From Vermamoeba vermiformis (lineage: Eukaryota), in NCBI GenBank assembly GCA_045837725.1, contig JBEWZL010000308.1, positions 59,851 to 79,850 on the forward strand: a stretch of DNA of 20,000 nt. Reading direction: 5' to 3'. Below, in pieces: positions 1 through 9,650 of this stretch. The notes under the pieces are model-generated. The model had not been told where the DNA came from. It searched no databases and was given only the letters and a program-made list of their open reading frames with translations. The position numbers were made by a program, and so were the translations under genes. Within the stretch, counting starts at the first letter, position 1. Every line of letters starts with the position of its first letter.

Positions 1-72
1 CTATTACTTTCTATCATTATATACTATCAAGTAGTTAGATGTATGACATATCTTACGGTATTTTTGTCACAG

Positions 73-373
73 CTTGGATCTGACCAGATGTGATCTGAAA
101 CAACAAGGCGCGGAAGCACTAGCAGTCTGTTTGCAATTGAACGATTGTTTAGAGCACTTGATACTAGACCGCAATAAGATACATAGCACTGGTACTATTA
201 AGCTAGTTGAGGCTATTAAGAAGAACCCTAACCGTGGCTTGAAATCATTGCACTTCAAATTGACCGAGACTAACAACGACGTGACAGTGCGATTAGAAGA
301 AGAGTTGGAAGCGATAGGCATTATTGCTTATACTGATAGTACCCCTGATACCACTTGGCGATACAAGCGTTAG
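73..373 (+). CDS. Last exon of a ribonuclease-inhibitor-like leucine-rich repeat protein (5' part lies outside the window)
   Basis: Acceptor ttttgtcacAG ends at 72. The frame reads LDLTRCDLKQQGAEALAVCLQLNDCLEHLILDRNKIHSTGTIKLVEAIKKN, matching the ~28-aa RI/NLRC3-type LRR pattern (LxxLxLxxNxIxxxGxxxLxxAL). TAG stop at 371-373. Confidence 0.8.
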
Positions 374-432
374 AAAATTAATAGGTTATTTTACATAAAC
401 GTGTATTTACAAGTGTTGGTATGATTCGTTTT

Positions 433-884
433 TTAGACTTGCGGATCTGTTGCCGTAACTTTTTTGACATCTTCGTTTTCGGATGGTGTTGAATCATTCG
501 AGTTTGATCGATAAGGCGTGCACCATAGTAATGTAATGTAGAGCCCACTGTATAATAGAAGAGCGTACGTTATTCCAATAAGGCTGGTAATAATGATTCC
601 TGCGGCGTTACATCCGACTCCAAGCCCGACCGCTGCAATTGGATCTGCCAAACAGTTGTCAATCTCTGATAATTAAGACATCGTATATAATGTATATCAT
701 TCAGTTCCTACTTACTCCATGACATTTTAAACGAGATGCTCTTGCAGATCGAGCCTATGAACATGAAAGAAAGGAACCAATGCTGGAACGGAAATAAACT
801 TCCTAATAGCAGTAAATATAATTCTGGGTCTAATCGCTGTATTGCGAATAGAACGCGTCGCAGGAAACCAATGGTTGACTCCAT
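433..884 (-). CDS. Small hypothetical membrane protein, ~133 aa, 2 exons (884-716, 665-433)
   Basis: ATG at 884 and a 50-nt intron at 715-666 (GTAAG...ATCAG) join in frame: MESTIGFLRRVLFAIQRLDPELYLLLLGSLFPFQHWFLSFMFIGSICKSISFKMSW|KIDNCLADPIAAVGLGVGCNAAGIIITSLIGITYALLLYSGLYITLLWC... Hydrophobic segments are followed by a polar tail. No family recognised; further 5' exons cannot be excluded. Confidence 0.5.
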
Positions 885-1347
885 CCGGAAATTGTCAAAT
901 TCAGTTCGCTTTTATCGATAAGATGCTCTGTGGTTATGTTACCATACAAAAAAATAGACCAATTCAATTGATTTGCTAACAAAAAACGGTTGTGGTATGA
1001 CCTACAAAATTGAGTGTGTACCACACAATCGTTAGAGGTCATACGGGAGATTTTGGCATCAGTTTTAGTAATTCGATTTGCAAACGACAAAATTTGACTG
1101 CAATTCGGTAAGAAATAGTTGTGACAACTCTACTTGAATTTTACACAAACAGCTTGATCAGATCGTCGTTGGTTACGTTTAATGCAGGGTCAAGCTCTTG
1201 TACGTAATAAATGGTACAGGTTATTTATCATTTCCTGACTAATTAAAAGGTAGATCCAAATTTACTAGCATTGTGAAAAATCGATGTCATTTAACATCGG
1301 AAATAGAAGACAGTATAATTACATCGTTACTATTTATAAGCACTCAC

Positions 1348-2551
1348 TCAGTCTACTCGCAGTTTGTGCTGTTCTTTCGCCAACAAATCACCGAACATTT
1401 CCGCAACCGTCAAATGACCCCATAAGAGCGCTGGACCTGTCATAATGCCAAGTGAAACCGATGACACTAATAAGAATTATATTAATAATAAAATAAATAT
1501 AACAATAACAAAATTTCTTGGAGTTCGATCAAACGAAAGAAATTATACGATTTAAATTTAATTTTTTGTACGGATGCACCAGGAAATTGTTATTTTTAAT
1601 AGACTTACCAATCGTACAAAGAGCAAGTGCAGCAAGTGCACTAATCGTAGCCTTCTTATAATTCGATCGAGCCATAGGACCAAGGGATTGCCAGATCTTT
1701 CGAACAGTTGTCGTATTAAATATGCTGGTCCATTTGTTCTTATGATCTTGATTCACTAATGCATATGCAGCTATTAATGGCGCAAAAAATAGCACTAAAA
1801 ATGCGGCCAAAAATGGCGGAGCAGCGAGGACCGTAAATGTCAAGAAGTTTGAGTTTTGGAATAAAGCTGCTGGGATAGATATAAATAAAACAAATAGCGC
1901 TGGTGCGATGAGGATCCATATGCCATCTTTTAGTAGTGTTGATACTCGTTCGCTTTTGTAAGCTGGCAAGATGTGCATGTTGATAGCGGATGGACTTAAA
2001 ATTTTGTCTCTATAAGCATTAATAGCAAAGCCTAAGTAAAAATGATATTATTTATGAGGTTTGTATTATATTAAACAATTTGCATATCAAATTAAGGTAG
2101 ATCTAGCGGAGATCGAATTCGGATGCATCTGTTTTTCATTTATGTGACTTACCGTTCAATATAAGATAGGCTGCAATATCTACAAACGGAATAAACATAG
2201 TGAGTGATAGGGCCACGCTCCAAGACCAAAATCTCTTAAGCGGAAATTTTGTTGGTGTGACTCCGATCCCTAAGTTCATTAGATTAGACTTGAATAATTT
2301 TTAAAAATTATTTAAAAATATATTTGCTTACGTATGAATGGTACTCTTCCCCAAGTGTTGAACAGATTTCTGACACTGTATGGATTTGTTTTTTTGTATT
2401 CCGTGTACGAGCCGATATATCGTTGCTGGATTGTATTAACACTAGATTTCTTCGCCAAAATCAACGAAAATATTGGCTTATTATTTGCTATCTTTTTGGC
2501 GGCTACTCGAACTGCACCAAGGCGCAGGCCAGAAGAAAATATTTTCAACAT
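1348..2551 (-). CDS. Multi-pass membrane protein, DUF4013-like, with predicted mitochondrial presequence; 292 aa, 4 exons (2551-2332, 2269-2153, 2031-1609, 1466-1348)
   Basis: Three GTAAG...TAG introns join the exons into one 879-nt frame ending in TGA. The N-terminus MLKIFSSGLRLGAVRVAAKK... is rich in Arg/Lys/Ser and lacks acidic residues. The core IPFVDIAAYLILNGFAINAYRD...LPAYKSERVSTLLKDGIWILI...FFAPLIAAYA...SIFNTTTVRKIW resembles the DUF4013 pattern as I recall it (family call is by eye). Confidence 0.75.
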
Positions 2552-3863
2552 CTGTTGTTAATGAATGAAATTGTTAGATCTCTAGTGCAAAAATATGATC
2601 ATATTTGTATTGGATAATTATTCTTATAATTTTAAGATGACGTGTAAAGTTTTATCGAAAGGATTCAGTGAGCTCAAAGGTGAACTCCTTGGCACGTCAC
2701 CTTCGATAATTACCTTATGATTTTAATGTAAATAGCAGTTGTGCTTATGCTTCTTTACATTTGAATTAATTCAGTAATTATTTGTTCGCAAGAAAAAGGC
2801 ACGCAAAATTGATCTGCGAAGATTGCGCCTTATGACGCAAGAATAGCCAGCATAGTAGCTATCCACAGGAAATGTTATATTTATTAATGAATATGAGCTC
2901 AATTTATGGTAGCTAAGAGCATTGATTTGGAGCTGCAAAACTAAATCAGCGTGTAGGAGAAGATCCGCCGTTACAAAAATTATTCCACGATAATACACGG
3001 TAAGTACGATATTACTAATGTGGTTGCACGTTGTTGCAGCTTCATCCTAATTTTACAACAAAAATTTGATTATTACGTCAAAGTACTTCGCTATCTTACA
3101 GCCATCATTATAGTACTAATCACATATTAAAAGCAAATAATTATTGCTAAATAAAAGATCGTGTTTTACTTGGATTTGTAACTGGATCATGACTTTCCTC
3201 GATCCAATTTTTTGATGTATTCTATTTTAGGTACGATACGATTGCTCTTACTCGCGTGACAAAGCTCCCAAGACTCATGAATTAGTGCAGTTACTAATGA
3301 GTCGCGACATCCAAGTCACGGTTGGACGATCCTCTCAACCTGGAAACTAACTGGATAAAGAGGCCTGTTGATCTTAGTTATCATTATTATGACTACAAAG
3401 GTACAGCGGTCATAAGGATGAAAAAGAACACATGGAATCGTTGGTGACATTAAAGGACTTTACAACGGTTGCGCTGGATTCAAAAAGAAACATGCCGTTC
3501 GTACGTGCCAAAGACCAATAATGATTCGTACTAACGTATCTTGTTTAAGCCCCGGCCAGAATCAGCCGCTGGTCAAGAAAAACCTCCTACATCCAGATCT
3601 TCGTACGAAATTTGGTGAGTGAGCCTTCGTTTGACTTTTGCGATTGCAAGTCTTGTAAGTACCTATAATTATAGTCATATAATGTCTCAAATCGCTAATA
3701 TTATTTGGTGTCGCTTCATTAGTTATGCTCGGATTCAACATCCACCACAAAATAACGGGACCGTAAGTCAAAGAGACCTAGCCCACCCCAAAACTTTAGG
3801 CAGTCCAGTTGGCGACCCTAATTTCACGTGGCAAATGTGATTGTGAATTCTTGGTCTGGTTAA

Positions 3864-3872
3864 TGATTGGCT
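3864..3872 (-). promoter_or_regulatory. CCAAT box (NF-Y consensus AGCCAATCA) upstream of the large repeat gene
   Basis: TGATTGGCT on + is AGCCAATCA on -. It lies between CACGTG (~3825) and TCACGTCA (~3898), about 80 nt before the 5'-UTR intron donor. Confidence 0.35.
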
Positions 3873-3947
3873 GACACAAGGCGTTAAAAACTAAAGTCAC
3901 GTCAGTAATTTTATTATTTGGTCCTACAAACGTGATCAACACAAAAG

Positions 3948-4043
3948 GTACGCTTCATTATAAATAGAGGGAAAATCAATTATTTGAAATTAATTGTTTT
4001 TGGATCTCGTAACACGGATTTGATACTGATCCTGACTTTTTAG
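3948..4043 (+). other. Probable 5'-UTR intron of the large repeat gene
   Basis: AAG|GTACGC donor, AT-rich body, CTGAT/CTGAC branch-like motifs, and a TTTTTTAG acceptor ending 2 nt before the ATG at 4046. Confidence 0.55.
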
Positions 4044-4045
4044 GC

Positions 4046-7000
4046 ATGGAAGCACTTGAAGGATTGCTTAGCTCGCTTAAAAAGCGCGTCTATAATAGCT
4101 TCGAAGAGGCCAATGCACAACTCGAAGAAGTCATCAAACTTCGAGATGCGGTCCTTGCCTTCGAAAAGGAAAGTCTGATGAAGATTGTTCCTGCTACTTT
4201 TGCCAAGACTCAACAATTCGTCTCTTCCGCGAAGAACGATCTCAAGAAACTCGAAAGTGATGCCAGATCCTTTGTAACGAAAGCTCTGGATGGCTTATAC
4301 GCGAACGTCAAAACTCCAATTTCCAACGCCACTGATATGCACTTCCATAACCGATACACCGAGGCTTCTCAAGCACTAGAAAAGGCTCACGCTGGTTTGA
4401 TTGCTCTGGATGTGGCTCCGTACAACTTGTCCGACGCCGTCAAAACTTTCCTCAACGAATCTCGCGTGCAGATCGACACTCTCGAGAAGAAGATTGCCGA
4501 GTCTATGATGGGCAGAGTTGTTGATGATAAGATCAGAGAAGCCAAGACTCACGGCACCAATGCCAAAGATATGCACTTCCACAACCGGTATCAAAACGCA
4601 CTCGACGCTGTTGCCAAGGCTCGTGATATGATCGCTGAACTGTCTAGTCCTCCTTTCAACTCACTTCCTGACGTTGTGTCCTTCTTGCCTGCCTTCATCG
4701 CTCAAATCGATGATGTCGAGAAGAAATGTGGTGATTCCTTATACAGCCGCCTTGCTGATGACAAGATCCGCGAGGCCAAGACTCATGGCACCAATGCCAA
4801 AGATATGCACTTCCACAACCAGTATCAGAAAGCACTCGACGCTGTTGCCAAGGCTCGTGATATGATCGCTGAACTGTCTAGTCCTCCTTTCAACTCCGTC
4901 CCTGAAGTCATCGCCTTCTTGCCCGCCTTCATTGCTCAGATCGATGACGTCGAGAAGAAATGTGGTGATTCCATGTATGGTCGCCTTGCTGATGACAAGA
5001 TCCGCGAGGCTAAGACTCATGGCACCAATGCCAAAGACATGCACTTCCACAACCAATATCAGAAAGCACTCGACGCTGTTGCCAAGGCTCGTGATATGAT
5101 CGCTGAACTCTCCAGCCCTCCTTTCAACTCCGTCCCTGAAGTCATTGCCTTCTTGCCCTCCTTCATTGCTCAGATCGATGATGTCGAGAAGAAATGTGGT
5201 GATTCTATGTATGGTCGCCTTGCTGATGACAAGATCCGCGAGGCTAAGACTCATGGCACCAATGCCAAAGACATGCACTTCCACAACCAGTATCAGAAAG
5301 CACTCGACGCTGTTGCCAAGGCTCGTGATATGATCGCTGAACTGTCTAGTCCTCCTTTCAACTCACTTCCTGACGTTGTGTCCTTCTTGCCTGCCTTTGT
5401 CGCTCAAATCGATGACATTGAGAAGAAGTGTGGCGAGTCAATGTACAGCAACTTGGTTGACGACAAGATCCGCGAAGCCAAAACTCATGGCACCAACGCC
5501 AAAGACATGCACTTCCACAACCAATATCAAAACGCACTCGACGCTGTTGCCAAGGCCCGCGAGAGCATTGCCCAACTAAAAGAGGCTCCTTTTTGCAACT
5601 TGAAGGCTACTCAAGAGTTCTTGCCAACCTTTGAAAAGCAGATCGACGAGATTGAAACAAAGTGCGGCGAAGTTATGTTCTCTCGCCTTGCTGACGACAA
5701 GATCCGCGAAATCAAGGCTCTTGGCACCAAGGCCAAAGATATGCACTTCCATAACCGTTACAATGACTCTCTGGAAGCTATTGGCAAGGCGCGTGACCAA
5801 ATGAGCGAGCTTACGCAAGCCCCTTACGTCAACTTGGACATCGTCAAGACCTTCCTCAACGAGTTCACCAAGCAAATTGATGAAATTGAAGCGAAGTGTG
5901 GTGAAGATATGTTCTCTCGCCTTGCTGACGACAAAGTTCGCGAAGCCAAGACTCACGGTACCAAGGCCAAGGACATGCTCTTTCACAACCAGTATCAGAA
6001 CGCACTCGACGCTGTTGCCAAGGCCCGCGACAGTATCTCTGAATTGCAACAAGCTCCTTGGAGCAGTTTAGCAGTCGTTGCTAGTTTCCTCCCTGAGTTC
6101 GCCAAGCAAATCGACGAGTACGAACGCCAATGCGGTGAAGCTCTCTTCAGCAAGGTTGTCGACGAGAAGATCCACGAAGCCAAGACACTAGGAACTAAGG
6201 CCAAGGACATGCACTTCCACAACCAGTATCAGAACGCACTCGATGCTATTGCCAAGGCCCGCGACATCATTGCTCAACTCAAGGAGGCTCCCTACGGCAC
6301 CTTGAAAACCACTCAGGCATTCTTGCCCGAGTTCATCAAGCAAATCGACGAGTACGAACGCCTTTGTGGTGAATCTCTCTTCAGCAAGGTTGTCGACGAG
6401 AAGATCCGTGAGGCCAAGACCCATGGCACCAATGCCAAGGACATGCACTTCCACAACCAGTATCAGAACGCACTCGACGCTGTTGCCAAGGCACGTGATC
6501 TGATCAACGAGTTGAAGGAAGCTCCTTTTGCCAGCTTGAAGGCTACTCAAGAGTTCTTGCCCGAGTTCGAGAAGCAAATTGATCAATACGAACGTCAATG
6601 TGGTGAAGCCATGTTTGGTCGTGTTGCTGAAGACAAGATTCGTGCTGCCAAGACACTTGTCACCGATGCTGAGAATATGCACCTCCATTCCATACACCAA
6701 GAGGCTCTTGATACTGTTGCCAAGGCTCGCGACGCTATTTCCGAGCTTGAACAACCTCCTTACGGTACTCTGGAGGTTACTCTGGCTTTCTTGAAGACCG
6801 CCAAACCAGCACTTGACGCACTCGAAGGCAAGATTGGTGCAAGTTTGTTCGGCCGATTTGTTGAAGACAAGATCCGCGACGCCCAGACCCTCATGACCAC
6901 AGCCAAGGACTTGCATTTCCACAGCCGCAACGGTGAGGCTTTGACCGCCATTGCTAAGACCCGCGAGGCCATTGCTGAACTTGACACGACTCCGTATAAC

Positions 7001-9460
7001 AACATCCCTGCCGCTGTTGCCTTCTTGAAGGAGACCAACCCTGATTTGGACGCCTTGGAAGCGAAGGTTGGTGAAGCCATGTTCGGCAGAGTCGTCTTCG
7101 ACAAAATCAATGCTGGCAAGACTCACGTCAACAACGCGAAGAGCTTGGCCGAGCACTCGTGCCACCAACAAGCTTTGGACGCGTTGACTAAGGCCTATGA
7201 AAGCCTGGATGAGCTCGAGAACCCGCCTTACAACACCTTGCCCCTCGTCAAGACCTACGTGACCGAGGCTCGCGCTGCTCTTTCCACCTTGGAAGGCACA
7301 ATCACTGCTGCCATGGGCAGTAAAGCCGCTGCCGGTACTGAATCTAGCGCTGGTACTCCTGCTGTCAAGGCCTCATCAGGTAATTATATCACGTTAATTA
7401 ATATTGTTTCGGCTCTGATTCTAATTCAACATTCAGTACCCAATGCACCTGGCTTCCCCAGCGGTCCTATCCAATCCACGGTTGGTCCTTGGGTTATTCA
7501 CATGAACTCCCCGTTGTCCAGCGTTCAAGCCCAGTCTTCTACCCCTGCCCAGACTCGCAGTTTCCTCATTAAGTGGAACACTAACATCTTGAAGATCAAC
7601 GGCGAGTGGAAGAAGGCTGTCAACGAGTTGATGCGCATAGCCAAGGCCGCTGAAGTTGTGTCAACGGCTAAGAACGCCGGCTACTACAAACCTCGTGAAT
7701 ACATCTATGGCAAGTGGGCCGTTGCTCTTTCGTTGGTTAAGGAGATGGAGACGCAAGTCAACGAGCTGCCGGCTGATGAGCTGAAGACCACCATGCTCGA
7801 ACAACTCAAGACAGCTCGCACTCAACTCAAAGAGAACGACAAACGCAACAAATTAGTCTCCGAATTTGTTAGTGTCGTGGAGAAGGCCAGTCATTTGCAC
7901 TATCGCCTTGTATGTGAGGTAGAGCAGCCCTTGCGCGACAACATCTTGGACTTCGTGGACGAAGTCGCTTCTGAATGGCACTCGCTCAACATGAAGTTCC
8001 CGAACATCCCTCCGTTCCAAGAAAAGATGGACAAGTTGATCAATGGTCAAATGCACGCTGGCAAGGTCACCTCGATCCTCGAAACCATTAAAGCCATGGC
8101 TACGAATGTCGACAGCAAAGTGCCTATTCACAAGCAAGAACGCATTATCAACGGCCTTAAACAGCTCGAGAAGTGGCCTGTTGCGCACCGTGCAGCTATC
8201 TTCCGTTTGCAGAAGGTTTGGAACAACTACTTCCGCTTCTTCCAAGAAAATTGGAAGCCCGAGTTCGAGCCTGAATGGCCCACGCCCTCTGCTCCCGCTG
8301 ACTTGTGGCAGCCTTCTGAAGAAGACGTTGGCCTTCCTGGCTACGAGATGATTCGTCCTGGCACGCCTGCTCAAAGCGGTCTTCCTTTCGCTAACAGACC
8401 TGATAGCACGACGGACTCTATTTTCGCTGAATACACGTTGCCTTTTGCTGGCAAGATCGTCTTTGCCAACGAGACTATCCAGCCTCAAATCAAGAACAAG
8501 GACGCCTTTAAGACTAAGTTCAACTTGACTGATCCGATCTTTGCACGTGCTGTTTGGCCGCGATCTATCGCTAACTATGCGATCGGCAAGAAGAAAGACG
8601 GCAGCCCTGTGTACCCCGCTGACGGCCTCATGGAAGACCCTCGTGCTCCCAACTTAATCATGTCGTTGGTGCTCAAGATCAATGGCAAACCCGTGTCCAA
8701 GAAGTACGCGTTCCAAGACTGCTTTGGACACTTTGGCGGCAACGCGAAGATGTACAACACGCAGCAGACCGTTGGCTTTGAGATCTTGGGCTTGCCTATG
8801 GCCCCTGAATCGTTCTACACTGGCTGGGATTTGATGCCCAGAGTGCTCTACGGCCAACTTCTGCGCGCTGGTGCTGGCACTCACAAGGTCGAAATGTCGC
8901 TCCATTACAACCTTTTCGATACCGATCCCACGCATCAAAATCTGAAAGACGGCCCTACCAACATTGACACTTTGACATCTCATCCCTTGGCCGAGGGTTC
9001 GTTCGAGGTCGTTGTTCCTGCTGGTGCAAAGATGCCCGACTCTTTTGGACCAATCAACGTTGAGCCCGCGCCGTTGCAAGCACTCCAAACTTACTTCCGT
9101 GACCACCGCGAACACATGGTTTGGGCCAAGCTCGAAGACGATTGGCAGATCCGCGAAGAAGCACAAGAACTCCTCGAATACGATAGGTTCAGCAAGGTTA
9201 TGGTCAAGACTAAGATACCTGCTAAATATGGCAAGGCGTACGGTTGCTTGACGTACAAGAGCCCCGAAAACAAGTGGCCGCAAGAAGCGATTACGTACTA
9301 CGTCGTGATTGTTATCGCTGGCCCGAAGAAGACTTGGTCTGAAGGCGTTGAAGGTATCTCTGTGTTCCGTCAAGGCGCCCAATTCGAAGCTGACTTCTTG
9401 CCGGATTCACTCCTCTCCACCATCCCGAACAGATGCGAGCCCAAGTTCCGTAATCTCTAA
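4046..9460 (+). CDS. Large repeat protein (~1785 aa after removing intron 7380-7436): 13 x 78-aa helical His-motif repeats, a helical middle region and an uncharacterised C-terminal domain
   Basis: 5.4-kb ORF with strong codon bias (AAG, GCC, TTC, AAC). An AT-rich 57-nt GT..AG segment at 7380-7436 breaks the codon pattern and is read as an in-frame intron. AATAAA at 9492-9497 follows the TAA stop. Confidence 0.9.
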   Translation: MEALEGLLSSLKKRVYNSFEEANAQLEEVIKLRDAVLAFEKESLMKIVPATFAKTQQFVSSAKNDLKKLESDARSFVTKALDGLYANVKTPISNATDMHFHNRYTEASQALEKAHAGLIALDVAPYNLSDAVKTFLNESRVQIDTLEKKIAESMMGRVVDDKIREAKTHGTNAKDMHFHNRYQNALDAVAKARDMIAELSSPPFNSLPDVVSFLPAFIAQIDDVEKKCGDSLYSRLADDKIREAKTHGTNAKDMHFHNQYQKALDAVAKARDMIAELSSPPFNSVPEVIAFLPAFIAQIDDVEKKCGDSMYGRLADDKIREAKTHGTNAKDMHFHNQYQKALDAVAKARDMIAELSSPPFNSVPEVIAFLPSFIAQIDDVEKKCGDSMYGRLADDKIREAKTHGTNAKDMHFHNQYQKALDAVAKARDMIAELSSPPFNSLPDVVSFLPAFVAQIDDIEKKCGESMYSNLVDDKIREAKTHGTNAKDMHFHNQYQNALDAVAKARESIAQLKEAPFCNLKATQEFLPTFEKQIDEIETKCGEVMFSRLADDKIREIKALGTKAKDMHFHNRYNDSLEAIGKARDQMSELTQAPYVNLDIVKTFLNEFTKQIDEIEAKCGEDMFSRLADDKVREAKTHGTKAKDMLFHNQYQNALDAVAKARDSISELQQAPWSSLAVVASFLPEFAKQIDEYERQCGEALFSKVVDEKIHEAKTLGTKAKDMHFHNQYQNALDAIAKARDIIAQLKEAPYGTLKTTQAFLPEFIKQIDEYERLCGESLFSKVVDEKIREAKTHGTNAKDMHFHNQYQNALDAVAKARDLINELKEAPFASLKATQEFLPEFEKQIDQYERQCGEAMFGRVAEDKIRAAKTLVTDAENMHLHSIHQEALDTVAKARDAISELEQPPYGTLEVTLAFLKTAKPALDALEGKIGASLFGRFVEDKIRDAQTLMTTAKDLHFHSRNGEALTAIAKTREAIAELDTTPYNNIPAAVAFLKETNPDLDALEAKVGEAMFGRVVFDKINAGKTHVNNAKSLAEHSCHQQALDALTKAYESLDELENPPYNTLPLVKTYVTEARAALSTLEGTITAAMGSKAAAGTESSAGTPAVKASSGNYITLINIVSALILIQHSVPNAPGFPSGPIQSTVGPWVIHMNSPLSSVQAQSSTPAQTRSFLIKWNTNILKINGEWKKAVNELMRIAKAAEVVSTAKNAGYYKPREYIYGKWAVALSLVKEMETQVNELPADELKTTMLEQLKTARTQLKENDKRNKLVSEFVSVVEKASHLHYRLVCEVEQPLRDNILDFVDEVASEWHSLNMKFPNIPPFQEKMDKLINGQMHAGKVTSILETIKAMATNVDSKVPIHKQERIINGLKQLEKWPVAHRAAIFRLQKVWNNYFRFFQENWKPEFEPEWPTPSAPADLWQPSEEDVGLPGYEMIRPGTPAQSGLPFANRPDSTTDSIFAEYTLPFAGKIVFANETIQPQIKNKDAFKTKFNLTDPIFARAVWPRSIANYAIGKKKDGSPVYPADGLMEDPRAPNLIMSLVLKINGKPVSKKYAFQDCFGHFGGNAKMYNTQQTVGFEILGLPMAPESFYTGWDLMPRVLYGQLLRAGAGTHKVEMSLHYNLFDTDPTHQNLKDGPTNIDTLTSHPLAEGSFEVVVPAGAKMPDSFGPINVEPAPLQALQTYFRDHREHMVWAKLEDDWQIREEAQELLEYDRFSKVMVKTKIPAKYGKAYGCLTYKSPENKWPQEAITYYVVIVIAGPKKTWSEGVEGISVFRQGAQFEADFLPDSLLSTIPNRCEPKFRNL
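4289..7330 (+). repeat. Coding tandem repeat, 13 units x 234 bp (78 aa)
   Basis: The DMHFH-equivalent codons start at 4334, 4568, 4802 ... 7142, exactly every 234 nt with no indels. Consensus: DDKIREAKTHGTNAKDMHFHNQYQxALDAVAKARDxIxELxxxPFxxLxxVxxFLPxFxxQIDxxExKCGxxMFxRLA. Confidence 0.97.
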
Positions 9461-9650
9461 TCCGGGATCGTGCAAATAGTGCATTAGTGTTAATAAATAC
9501 CAATTTTAAATATTTTACGTGGAATTTATCGTTACGTCAACCATAAACATTGAAAGAATTCCGAAAAAATTGTTGTAAATTGATAATTTTTCATTCCGAT
9601 TCCGAAATTTTATTGTTTGTTCGATCAATTAATTTATTTGAATTCAATAT

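Noticed and set aside
830-1090. 86-aa minus-strand ORF upstream of the small membrane gene
   Set aside because: It starts at a non-ATG codon, and no splice combination I tried joined it in frame to the downstream exons.
2552-3860. Possible hidden gene in the 1.3-kb gap (short ORFs 2771-2998, 3562-3771, 3619-3840; exon-like stretch near 3231-3350)
   Set aside because: I could not build a consistent spliced frame or find a recognisable motif. Treated as divergent intergenic DNA, although a small gene or ncRNA cannot be excluded.
4289-7330. Tandem array considered as a CRISPR array or satellite
   Set aside because: The 234-nt units are fully coding, with synonymous-site variation and no repeat-spacer structure, in a eukaryotic context.
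4376-9382. Many long antisense and alternate-frame ORFs over the large gene (e.g. 6188-7171, 7853-8488, 8654-9382 on -)
   Set aside because: Shadow ORFs caused by strong codon bias and the repeated sense frame; no independent motifs.
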